25,754 nucleotides of DNA, from contig CAXFSR010000042.1 of NCBI GenBank assembly GCA_964005815.1, positions 1-25,754 on the forward strand, in the 5' to 3' direction. Positions within the stretch are counted from its first letter, which is position 1; each line of letters opens with the position of its first letter. Below the pieces are notes generated by a model, which did no database searches, was not told where the DNA came from, and saw only the letters and a program-made list of their open reading frames with translations. The translations under genes were made by a program, and so were the position numbers. Source of the stretch: an uncultured Nitrospinaceae bacterium. GTDB taxonomy: Bacteria > UBA8248. Shown here in pieces: positions 17,560-25,754 of the stretch.

Positions 17560-17726
17560 TTTTTTTCTTCCATTTCTTAGAATTGTTTAGAGACAAAAAA
17601 TTGTATATTAATACGAAACTGTTTAATAGGGTTTAAAAATTAAAAATGAAAATTTCATTAACACGTATCCTGCTAAATTAGTTAAAATATTAACCGGACT
17701 TATCTATGTCTTAAGAGGTTGACTTA

Positions 17727-18695
17727 ATGCAAAACAAAAAACAAAAAATAGACCTAAAAGATTTCAGTGCTTCTAGTGTCATTGTAACAGGTGGAGCAGG
17801 ATTTATTGGAAGCCACTTAGTTGAAAAACTAGTCGATCTAAATGCTAAAATTACCGTTATCGATGATCTTAGAAATAGTTCAAAAAAAAATCTTTCTAAA
17901 GTAATTAAAAAAATCAAATTTATAGACTCTCCTGTAGAAAATATTTTTACAGACCTATTGAAAAGTTCTGAAAAGTTTTCTTATGTTTTCCATCTTGCCA
18001 ATGAAAGTTACGTACCACCTTCTATTGATGATCCATTCAGTGATTTAGAAAATAATGTTCTCCCAACTCTTAAAATTTTAGAAGCAATAAGACACTTTTC
18101 TAACTCTATTCCTCTCGTATATGTATCCTCTGCTGCAGTATATGGGGAACCTGGATCTCTTCCAATTAGCGAACTACGTTTGCCAAAACCTATTTCTCCT
18201 TACGGACTCAGCAAACTAACAGCAGAACAGTACGTTTGCTTATATTCAAGATTACATGGATTAAAAACTTCGTCCTTACGATTCTTCTCCGTATATGGAC
18301 CCAGACAAAAGAAGCAAGTGATTTATGATTTTTTCAAAAAACTTATACAAGATCCTAATGAAATGGAAATTATAGGAGATGGTAGTCAGGCAAGGGATTT
18401 TGTTTTCGTAGAAGATGTTATAAATGCGATACTGTCAGTTAGTTGTAATAGTAATTTTGATGGAGAAGTGTATAACGTAGGATCTGCTGAAATGATCACA
18501 ACTAAAGAACTTGCAATTAAAATTTCTTCGGTTATGGGTCTATCTCCCCAACTCAAATATACGGGGAAAGTTAGAAAAGGAGACCCCGAAAAATGGTTAG
18601 CAGACATTTCTAAAATAAACGATCTTGGATATTCGCCTCAAACAACTCTCGACCAAGGTCTGGAAAAAGTTTGGAATTGGTTAAATTCAATTTAA
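17727..18695 (+). CDS. NAD-dependent nucleotide-sugar epimerase/dehydratase (GalE-like extended SDR)
   Basis: TGGAGFIGSHL, SSAAVYG, PISPYGLSK (YxxxK), LRFFSVYGPRQ and GDGSQARDFVFV. Confidence 0.92.
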   Translation: MQNKKQKIDLKDFSASSVIVTGGAGFIGSHLVEKLVDLNAKITVIDDLRNSSKKNLSKVIKKIKFIDSPVENIFTDLLKSSEKFSYVFHLANESYVPPSIDDPFSDLENNVLPTLKILEAIRHFSNSIPLVYVSSAAVYGEPGSLPISELRLPKPISPYGLSKLTAEQYVCLYSRLHGLKTSSLRFFSVYGPRQKKQVIYDFFKKLIQDPNEMEIIGDGSQARDFVFVEDVINAILSVSCNSNFDGEVYNVGSAEMITTKELAIKISSVMGLSPQLKYTGKVRKGDPEKWLADISKINDLGYSPQTTLDQGLEKVWNWLNSI

Positions 18696-18727
18696 ATAAA
18701 TATAAATTTTCCTGAGGTAAATTAAGT

Positions 18728-19819
18728 ATGTTTCTCGGTATTTTTGGTGAATTGTTAGGTTCTGGGGGTATACAGAGGGTGAATATACACGCCTGCGCTA
18801 CGTTATCATCCATGGCTAATGCAAAAAACAAACCTTACAAATTTCTAAGTCTTAATGATCCCAAGGGAACACATGAAATTAAAGCAGAAAATCAAATTTT
18901 TAAAATTCAAGGCTTTGGGAAGAATAAAATTATGTTTGTTTTAAATTGCCTCAAGAACATATCAAAGACAAACTTTGCATACATTGCTCACGCAAATATG
19001 TCTCCAATAGGAATTATATTGAAAATTTTAAATCCAAAACTTAAATACTTTATAGCTATCTACGGAATCGACGTTTGGGAAAAACTATCTATCTTAAAAA
19101 GGATCGGAATGAAAAACGCCAATGGTATTACATCTGTTTGTGATCATACAGCAAAAAAAGCAGCTGCAATTCAAAAAATACCAAACGCAAATTTTTTTAT
19201 AATTCCTTCCTCATTACCAGATAAAGTAGTTAATACCATACAAAGTAAAGATTCATCTGTGCATGTAAATTCTTCTCAAAAGATTTTACTTACTGTCGGC
19301 AGAATGTCTTCTTTAGAGCAATACAAGGGGATGGATTTGGTAATTCAGTCTCTTCCAATAATTTTAAAAACAATTCCAAATACATATTATTATATCATTG
19401 GCGAAGGTGATGATATGCCAAGATTAAAAAAACTTGCTGCTGAAATGGGAGTGGAAGAATATGTCGTTTTCACTGGTCAAGTTGGCGATGAACTCAATAC
19501 TTTTTATAACTTGTGCGATATTTTTGTAATGCCAAGTAGAGATGAAGGACTAAGCTTAGTTTATGTGGAAGCTATGTCATGGGGAAAACCAATTGTAGCA
19601 TGTAATAGTGGTGGAACTCCGGAAATAGTTTCAGAAGGTAAAACTGGATTCCTTGTACCATACGGAGATATCAAAATGTTATCCTCCCGTTTGAAAACGC
19701 TACTTTTAGATGAAAATTTATGCAAAAAAATGGGTAATGCTGGCAGAAAAAAAATTCATGAAAATTACACCTTTACACATTTTAAAAAAAGATTAACGAA
19801 AGCTATCAATAGTATTTAA
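18728..19819 (+). CDS. Glycosyltransferase family 4 (GT-B)
   Basis: GGIQR N-terminal loop, LLTVGRM...YKG, and DIFVMPSRDEGLSLVYVEAM (E-x7-E) followed by GKPIV...GG.PE. Confidence 0.93.
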   Translation: MFLGIFGELLGSGGIQRVNIHACATLSSMANAKNKPYKFLSLNDPKGTHEIKAENQIFKIQGFGKNKIMFVLNCLKNISKTNFAYIAHANMSPIGIILKILNPKLKYFIAIYGIDVWEKLSILKRIGMKNANGITSVCDHTAKKAAAIQKIPNANFFIIPSSLPDKVVNTIQSKDSSVHVNSSQKILLTVGRMSSLEQYKGMDLVIQSLPIILKTIPNTYYYIIGEGDDMPRLKKLAAEMGVEEYVVFTGQVGDELNTFYNLCDIFVMPSRDEGLSLVYVEAMSWGKPIVACNSGGTPEIVSEGKTGFLVPYGDIKMLSSRLKTLLLDENLCKKMGNAGRKKIHENYTFTHFKKRLTKAINSI

Positions 19820-19845
19820 TAACAAACCTACTCTAGGAGTTTTGG

Positions 19846-20952
19846 ATGATACTTGGAATTTTCAGTCAATTAAATGGTTCTGGTGGAATTCAAAGAATAG
19901 GAAGACATACTGCCGCTTCAATTGCTTATCACGCAAAAAAACAAAAAAAAGAATTCATAATTATGAGTTTAAATGATGCAAAAGGAAAAAACGAAATCCA
20001 GGTAGAAGATATAAATTTTGAATTTATTGGATTTGGAAAGAAAAAAATTTCTCTTATTTCCTCTGCAATCAGATTTTCAAAACAAGTAAGTGGGGTATAT
20101 ATCAACCACGTTAATCTTTGCCCTCTTGGTTTTCTAATGAAAAAAGTTAATCCCAAGCTTGATTATTGGGTTGAAATTTACGGGATAGATGCTTGGGAAA
20201 AATTTTCGTTTTTTAAAAAAAACAGTTTCAAAAAAGCAAAGAAAATAGTCTCAGTTTGTCAATTTACTGCAGATAAAGCTGAAAAAATTAATAAGATTAA
20301 CAAGGGGAAATTTGTGGTTATACCCCCAGCAATTGATCCTATCTTCTGGGAATCGCGTGAAAAATTAAAAACTAAAGAAAGTACCAAAAAAGAGAAAAAT
20401 TTATTAACCGTTTGTAGATTAGACGCTTCAGAAAAATACAAAGGACTAGATCATGTTATTTGTGCACTACCCAAAATACAGAAACAATACAAAAACTGCC
20501 AATATATTATAGTTGGAGATGGTGACGATAGAGAAAGATTAGAAAAACTATCGAGAGAAGTAGGCGTCAAGGATTCGGTTATATTCGAAGGTAACAAAAG
20601 TACTCAAGAATTACATGAGTACTATTATGATTGTGACGTTTTTCTCCAACCTAGTAATGCTGAAGGTTGGTCTAGTGTTTATATGGAAGCGATGTTTTTT
20701 AGTAAACCTGCGATTGGATGTAATGATGGGGGAACACCAGAAATAGTACTAGATCGAAAAACCGGATACCTTGTAAAATATGCAGATATAGAAGAGATCG
20801 CTAGAACCGTTATAGGAATTTTTGAAAACCCTGAGGAAGCAAAAAGAATTGCAGAAACAGGAAAATTTAGAGTTGAAAAAGATTTTGCTTTTAAAAATAG
20901 AATCCAAAGAATCGAAAAACTCTTGGAAGGAAACCCCGAAACATTTGTTTAA
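19846..20952 (+). CDS. Glycosyltransferase family 4 (GT-B), paralog of the preceding gene
   Basis: GGIQR, LLTVCRL...YKG, DVFLQPSNAEGWSSVYMEAM (E-x7-E) and GGTPEIV. Confidence 0.93.
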   Translation: MILGIFSQLNGSGGIQRIGRHTAASIAYHAKKQKKEFIIMSLNDAKGKNEIQVEDINFEFIGFGKKKISLISSAIRFSKQVSGVYINHVNLCPLGFLMKKVNPKLDYWVEIYGIDAWEKFSFFKKNSFKKAKKIVSVCQFTADKAEKINKINKGKFVVIPPAIDPIFWESREKLKTKESTKKEKNLLTVCRLDASEKYKGLDHVICALPKIQKQYKNCQYIIVGDGDDRERLEKLSREVGVKDSVIFEGNKSTQELHEYYYDCDVFLQPSNAEGWSSVYMEAMFFSKPAIGCNDGGTPEIVLDRKTGYLVKYADIEEIARTVIGIFENPEEAKRIAETGKFRVEKDFAFKNRIQRIEKLLEGNPETFV

Positions 20953-20969
20953 AAATTAAGGAGAAAATT

Positions 20970-21410
20970 TTGGGGAGAGAGTTTCCTATACATCCTATTG
21001 TCGGTGTCGGGGCAATAATTATTAAAGAAGATGAAGTTTTATTAATTAAAAGAGGTAATCCTCCTTCAATAGGAAATTGGAGTATTCCTGGTGGAGGCGT
21101 TGAACTAGGGGAAACTTTAGAAGATGCTTGTCATAGAGAAGTTAAGGAGGAAACTGGATTAGAAATTAAAATAATAGAACAATGTGCTGTTTTAGATCGA
21201 ATAATTAAAGATTCCATCAACAGAGTACAATTTCATTATGTTCTAATAGATTATTTATGTATTCCAGTTGGTGGAGATCTTCAGGCAGGAACAGACGCGA
21301 CTGAATTGCAATGGCATAGTATTCATTCTCTTGAATCTATAAAAAATATAACTGAAAAAACAGGGAAAATTATCTATAAATCAATAGTGAAATATCGAGA
21401 AAAATTATGA
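20970..21410 (+). CDS. NUDIX hydrolase
   Basis: Canonical Nudix box GGVELGETLEDACHREVKEETGL, with PIVGVGAII and FHYVLIDYLC. TTG start after AAGGAG. Confidence 0.93.
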   Translation: MGREFPIHPIVGVGAIIIKEDEVLLIKRGNPPSIGNWSIPGGGVELGETLEDACHREVKEETGLEIKIIEQCAVLDRIIKDSINRVQFHYVLIDYLCIPVGGDLQAGTDATELQWHSIHSLESIKNITEKTGKIIYKSIVKYREKL

Positions 21411-22114
21411 AAGAAAAAAAAGAAAACTTAATAGATGTAAAAAACAATCTTTTGAAAAATAAACCTTTTATTAAGTTTGTTTTGCAAGAAGTTGAGTTTT
21501 CTTCAAAACTATTATTGGAAACAAACAATGCAATAAAAATAGAAACTGACCCGTGGAAAAAACGGGAAAAGTTACAAATTTTATCTAACACAATCTCAAA
21601 TTTAGATACAATAATCGAAAATTTGAAAGATATTGACCTCTTGCAATCTGAGTCAGTTCCATTATATCCAAAAAAAATTGATATAATTAATATATTAACT
21701 GAACATATAAGCAAATATATTAAAAATTCAAAAGGACCAAGAATTCTTCCTAAGTTCCCTTTAAATGCAGTTTTTTATGTGATTGATGAAAATCGTTTTA
21801 AGACCTTAATTGATGATTTGATAAAATTTTCTGAATCTTTACTAGAAAAAAAAGGAACGATTTTAATAGAAGTTTTCGATTCAAAAAAAGAATTGTTAAT
21901 CTCTACGTCTACACATCCTGTCAAAATCGAAGTTGATGAAAATTTATCTGGCTTCGAGTTTTCAAATAAAGATTCTAAAATTTACAAAAATAATATCTCA
22001 AAAATATTTGCCTATAGAATTGAAACAATTATAAACCTTTTGAGTGGAGATATTATTATAGATACAAAATCACCTGAAAATTTGAAAGTAAATTTAATTT
22101 TCAAAAAGGAATAA
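21407..22114 (+). CDS. Hypothetical protein resembling a degenerate histidine kinase core (HisKA + HATPase) without catalytic motifs
   Basis: 235 aa with an ATGA overlap with the NUDIX gene. Segment order and hydrophobic pattern parallel a kinase transmitter (FIKFVLQEVE, IIENLKDIDLL, IDENRFKTLIDDLIKFS, GTILIEV, IINLLSGDIII), but the H, N and G boxes are absent. Confidence 0.6.
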   Translation: MKEKKENLIDVKNNLLKNKPFIKFVLQEVEFSSKLLLETNNAIKIETDPWKKREKLQILSNTISNLDTIIENLKDIDLLQSESVPLYPKKIDIINILTEHISKYIKNSKGPRILPKFPLNAVFYVIDENRFKTLIDDLIKFSESLLEKKGTILIEVFDSKKELLISTSTHPVKIEVDENLSGFEFSNKDSKIYKNNISKIFAYRIETIINLLSGDIIIDTKSPENLKVNLIFKKE

Positions 22115-22122
22115 TTAACTAT

Positions 22123-23193
22123 ATGAGCAAAAAAAATCTTCGAAGAATAAAAGAAAAAGATTTATTTGATTTTTCAGTAAAAATCATTGAGTTTCTTGGT
22201 GTTAAAAAAGAAAATGCTGAGACAACATCTAAGATTCTAGTTGGGGCTGATCTTCGTGGGATTTCTAGCCATGGAGTTGCAGGAGGAACTGGACTAACAG
22301 AGCTTTACGAAAGAGTGAGTGCCAAGGCAATCAATCCTGATTCAGATACGATATTAAAGCTCAAAGAGGGATGGGCTAGTGCTACTATTGATGGTAACGG
22401 AGGCATAGGTCCAGTTGCAGCAATGCAAGCAACTCAACTAGTAGGTGATTTAGCTGAGAAATATGGTATTGGTAGAGTCTTCGTAAACAATACGAACCAT
22501 TACGGAGCTGCATGCATATATGTCGAAGAACTTATTTCTCGAGGTTTTGCCGCACGATCTACATGTACCTCTGGGGCATGGATGATACCTTATGGAGGCG
22601 ATAAAATCCGCCTTGGCACTAATCCCATCGCTTGGGGTGTTCCTGGTGATAAATTTCCAATTGTAATTGATATGGCAACTACACAAAGAGCTGTGAGTCC
22701 TGCAATTCGTGCATCAAAATCATCGCAACCTATTCCAGAAGACTACTTTGTGAGCGAAGATGGAGAACCTCTTTCGGGTGTCGTTTCTTTTGATATTTTA
22801 AAAAACAGTTCCGTGAGACCACTTGGAGGAGAACAATTTGGATATAAAGGCTCTGGACTTTGTATGTTGGTTGATTTGGATAATGTGATCGGAGGTGGTT
22901 CTGTCAAAAGAATACCTACCATGAGAGAAACACCTCTAAGCAGAGTCAGTCAAACTTTTGAAGCTTGGAGAATAGATCAGTTCTATAATCAAGAAGAAAG
23001 TTTAGAAAAATTAATCTCCTCTATAAGAGACATAAAAAAAAGTGGCAAGAAAAAAATGCTTTTACCCGGTGAGAGGGAAGCTATTTCCAAACTAGACGCA
23101 GAGAAAAATGGAATCCCTTATGAAAAATCACAATGGGAGACTCTAGAAAAACTTTCCAAACTAACCGGGGCAATAGTACCCAATTCTTGCTGA
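22123..23193 (+). CDS. Ldh_2 family NAD(P)H-dependent oxidoreductase (malate/L-lactate/sulfolactate/ureidoglycolate dehydrogenase family)
   Basis: ADLRGISSHGV, IDGNGGIG, NTNHYGA, LGTNPIAW, IDMATT, GYKGSGL and LPGERE. Confidence 0.92.
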   Translation: MSKKNLRRIKEKDLFDFSVKIIEFLGVKKENAETTSKILVGADLRGISSHGVAGGTGLTELYERVSAKAINPDSDTILKLKEGWASATIDGNGGIGPVAAMQATQLVGDLAEKYGIGRVFVNNTNHYGAACIYVEELISRGFAARSTCTSGAWMIPYGGDKIRLGTNPIAWGVPGDKFPIVIDMATTQRAVSPAIRASKSSQPIPEDYFVSEDGEPLSGVVSFDILKNSSVRPLGGEQFGYKGSGLCMLVDLDNVIGGGSVKRIPTMRETPLSRVSQTFEAWRIDQFYNQEESLEKLISSIRDIKKSGKKKMLLPGEREAISKLDAEKNGIPYEKSQWETLEKLSKLTGAIVPNSC

Positions 23194-23197
23194 AATT

Positions 23198-24469
23198 TTA
23201 CTTAGCTATATCTTCATTTGCAATTTGTTTAAAACGAACAAATTCTATTTGTCTATCAGAAACAGAATCTATGATTATTTCCCAATCTTCTAATTTTAAA
23301 TCTTCACCTTCTTTTGGAATTCTTTCAAATTCCTGAAGCAAGAAACCTGACAATGTTTCATAATCTCCGTCAGGTATAGGAACGAGCAACTGCTCTCTCA
23401 CGATCTCTATTTCAATTCTTGCATCAATAATATAATTTTTATTTCCTATTTTTGAATATTTCCTGTTTTCATCCCAATCATATTCATCGCTTATTTCACC
23501 AACTACTTCTTCAACTAAATCTTCAAGAGTGACTATACCTACACAAGCTCCAAACTCATCTACAACCACAGCTAATTTATTTCTTTCGCTAGTCATTTCA
23601 TATAACAAGTCTTTAGTAGATTTAGTTTCAGGTACAAAATATACTGGCCTAATTAAACTAGAGTTTTCAATTATCAGTTCAGTTGATTTGGGTGCGGAAG
23701 AAATCAGATCTTTTGCATGAACAATTCCAATGATGTTTTGAGTGTTTTCTCTATATATAAGAATTCTTGAATGGCCATCTTTATAAATTCTGTCTATCAC
23801 ATCTTGAACTTTTCTATCAAAACTAACTACACTAACTTCAATCATTGGAACCATAACATTACTAACGTTCAGATCCCGAAACGAAAAAGTCTTGCGAATC
23901 ATTTGTTTTTCTACTTCCCGAACATCGCTTCTTCCCTCGTTATCAATCATTAATTCAAGTTCTCTTCTACTAACAATAGAAACGTCAGGATAATTTCCCC
24001 CTCCCAAAATACGGATAAGAAAATTAATTAAAATACTTAAAAGCCAGATAATCGGAAATAAGACCGTTCTTATGAACCAAACCATTGAAGCAAGAGGAGG
24101 AGCAACAATATTAGCTCTTTCTCTACAAAAACTTTTCGGTATAACTTCCCCAAAAATAATTAGAATGGGGACTATGATTAAAAAAGAAATTATTTCACCA
24201 TATTTTTCTCCAAAAAATTCAATGCCATGCAATGTTATTATAGAAACGTTTGCTACAAAACATAAATTATGACAAACGAGAATAGTTCCCATTAACCATT
24301 CAGGTTTTTCAAGTAATTTCAGTGCAACTTTACATCCGTAATTTCCTGAAGATGCTTTCGCTTTTAAATATACTCTGTCTGCAGAAATAAGAGCGATTTC
24401 AGAACCTGAAAACAAAGCTTCGCAACATAAAAGCAAAAAACATATTATAAGTAATGTAGTAAGTTCCAA
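23198..24469 (-). CDS. CNNM (DUF21) + CBS pair + CorC/HlyC domain protein (hemolysin/CorB-like Mg2+ transporter)
   Basis: FSGSEIAL, FGEVIPKS, GHSRI, VVVDEFGA.VGIVTLEDLVEEVVGEI.DEYD and YETLSGF...RIP..G. Confidence 0.93.
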   Translation of the reverse strand: MELTTLLIICFLLLCCEALFSGSEIALISADRVYLKAKASSGNYGCKVALKLLEKPEWLMGTILVCHNLCFVANVSIITLHGIEFFGEKYGEIISFLIIVPILIIFGEVIPKSFCRERANIVAPPLASMVWFIRTVLFPIIWLLSILINFLIRILGGGNYPDVSIVSRRELELMIDNEGRSDVREVEKQMIRKTFSFRDLNVSNVMVPMIEVSVVSFDRKVQDVIDRIYKDGHSRILIYRENTQNIIGIVHAKDLISSAPKSTELIIENSSLIRPVYFVPETKSTKDLLYEMTSERNKLAVVVDEFGACVGIVTLEDLVEEVVGEISDEYDWDENRKYSKIGNKNYIIDARIEIEIVREQLLVPIPDGDYETLSGFLLQEFERIPKEGEDLKLEDWEIIIDSVSDRQIEFVRFKQIANEDIAK

Positions 24470-24513
24470 TTCATTCTTTCTAATAAAGAGAAAAATTCTT
24501 TATTTTACCGATG

Positions 24514-25524
24514 TTATTCTTCAACTTCTTCCTGTTTAATTTCTCCAAAAATTTCTTCTAAAAGATCCGTCATGGTTACCATACCAACAACTTTGCGAGA
24601 TTCGTCTAAAACTATAGCTATATGAATCCTTCTTCTTCGAAACATGTGAAATAAAACATCAAGCTTAGTATCAATAGAAACAAACAAAGGTTCACGAAGC
24701 GTATTTGGAAGTAAATCTCTCCCAGGCATATCTTTAATTGTTGAGAGAGATCTAAGAAAATCTTTAATGTAAAGAATTCCAATAATTTCTGATTCTTCAG
24801 AGTTAAAGATCGGGATTCGAGAAAATGGGACTTTCTCAACAAACTTCATAACTTGTTCAAGACTGATACCAACATTCCAAAACAACATTTCACTTTTTGA
24901 AACAAGAATTGTTTCAATTTTTTTATCATGGAATGAAAATATATTTTCAATTATTTTTTTTTCGCTTTCTTCAACTTCGCCCTCAGAAACTCCTATCTCT
25001 ACTAAATTTAAAAACTCATTCTCATTCAATACATTTTCTTTTACCGTCGATTTAATACCAAAAAGAGAAAGAAAAAGATTTGCAAAGTAAAGAAAAAGAT
25101 TTCTTAGCGGCGAGATTATTAAAGCAAAAAAAGAAACTGGAAAAACAAGAAAGCGTGCAGTTTGTTCCGGATATCTTGCTGCAAAAGATTTTGGAGTAAT
25201 TTCACCAAAAATCATTAAAACAGGAACAAGTAGACAAAGAATTAGCCATTCATATCCAATACCAAAATACAAGATAATTGTTCCTGTAAATAATGATGAG
25301 GCAGCTATATTTACAATTTCATTACAAATTAAAATCGATGTTATTAATCTTCTAGGTTCTTCGAGTAAAGAAGCAATTTTTGTGCCTGTAGCACCAGAAA
25401 TTTTTAATTTTTCAATTTGGCTTTGAGACAGAGAGAAAAAAGAAGCTTCAGTCCCAGAAAAACATGCAGATAGAAACAAAAGAAAAATGAAAAAAAGCAC
25501 ACGCGAAATAAGTATAATATCCAA
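24514..25524 (-). CDS. CNNM (DUF21) + CBS pair protein lacking the C-terminal CorC domain
   Basis: FSGTEASFFSL, FGEITPKS, FSRIPI and VTMTDLLEEIFGEI, after which the protein ends at 336 aa. Confidence 0.9.
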   Translation of the reverse strand: MDIILISRVLFFIFLLFLSACFSGTEASFFSLSQSQIEKLKISGATGTKIASLLEEPRRLITSILICNEIVNIAASSLFTGTIILYFGIGYEWLILCLLVPVLMIFGEITPKSFAARYPEQTARFLVFPVSFFALIISPLRNLFLYFANLFLSLFGIKSTVKENVLNENEFLNLVEIGVSEGEVEESEKKIIENIFSFHDKKIETILVSKSEMLFWNVGISLEQVMKFVEKVPFSRIPIFNSEESEIIGILYIKDFLRSLSTIKDMPGRDLLPNTLREPLFVSIDTKLDVLFHMFRRRRIHIAIVLDESRKVVGMVTMTDLLEEIFGEIKQEEVEE

Positions 25525-25616
25525 TCTTACAATCCAATAAAGTGAGGAATAAAAATGGAACTAATTGTATAAAAAAACATTTTCTTTAAAATATGTAGTA
25601 GATCTTTGGTTTTATG

Positions 25617-25754
25617 TTAGAAATTTAAATTGTGCAAATATTCACGGAGTTCATCTCCAATGTCTCTTCTTGAAAGGCCATACTCTATATTTGCTTTAAT
25701 AAATCCAATTTTACTTCCTGCATCGTATCTTTTTCCTTCGAATTCATATCCATA
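25617..25754 (-). CDS. galU: UTP--glucose-1-phosphate uridylyltransferase, C-terminal fragment entering from the window edge
   Basis: Not in the ORF track. Manual translation YGYEFEGKRYDAGSKIGFIKANIEYGLSRRDIGDELREYLHNLNF* matches the GalU C-terminal F.G.RYD.G...G...A pattern. Confidence 0.85.
   Translation of the reverse strand, partial: YGYEFEGKRYDAGSKIGFIKANIEYGLSRRDIGDELREYLHNLNF

Noticed and set aside
20970..21410. GDP-mannose mannosyl hydrolase (gmm), suggested by the nearby gmd
   Set aside because: Gmm has a modified Nudix box, whereas this protein has the canonical REVKEETG box of general NUDIX hydrolases.
341..24842. Numerous 60-183 aa ORFs antisense to or nested within the main genes (e.g. 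600-962, 4656-5042, 8650-8988, 11977-12528, 21370-21714)
   Set aside because: They overlap well-supported genes and show no recognisable motifs, so they are most likely shadow ORFs.
1..25754. CRISPR array, tRNA/rRNA, transposase/integrase, prophage or selenocysteine read-through
   Set aside because: I saw no periodic repeats, structured RNA-like GC-rich tracts or recombinase motifs. Intergenic gaps are all under about 170 bp, and the main ORFs are full length without needing TGA read-through.

Overview
A gene-dense, visibly AT-rich bacterial chromosomal window, probably from a diderm organism since it has a lipobox-bearing BON lipoprotein. I found no mobile element, CRISPR array or RNA gene. 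From left to right: (i) a minus-strand run of BON lipoprotein, two luciferase-like monooxygenases, a PAC2-family protein, a lone xanthine-dehydrogenase-family Mo-binding subunit and the start of a nucleotidyltransferase; (ii) a divergent 64-aa ORF coupled to an amidase-signature enzyme; (iii) a minus-strand operon for a putative tungsten aldehyde oxidoreductase (4x[4Fe-4S] subunit, FAD/NAD subunit, AOR catalytic subunit, MoaD) with a clean sigma70 promoter, running into glyA; (iv) two EamA transporters; (v) a nucleotide-sugar cluster (gmd, two SDR epimerases, two paralogous GT4s) continuing into a NUDIX hydrolase, a catalytically dead histidine-kinase-like protein and an Ldh_2 oxidoreductase; (vi) two CNNM/CBS proteins and the 3' end of galU. 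The most notable observations are the AOR operon with non-canonical cofactor motifs, a perfect 15-bp inverted repeat whose two copies end exactly on the start codons of the divergent BON and amidase genes, the AtzG/GatC-like small amidase partner, and the pseudo-histidine kinase. All calls come from motif recognition by eye; no searches were run.
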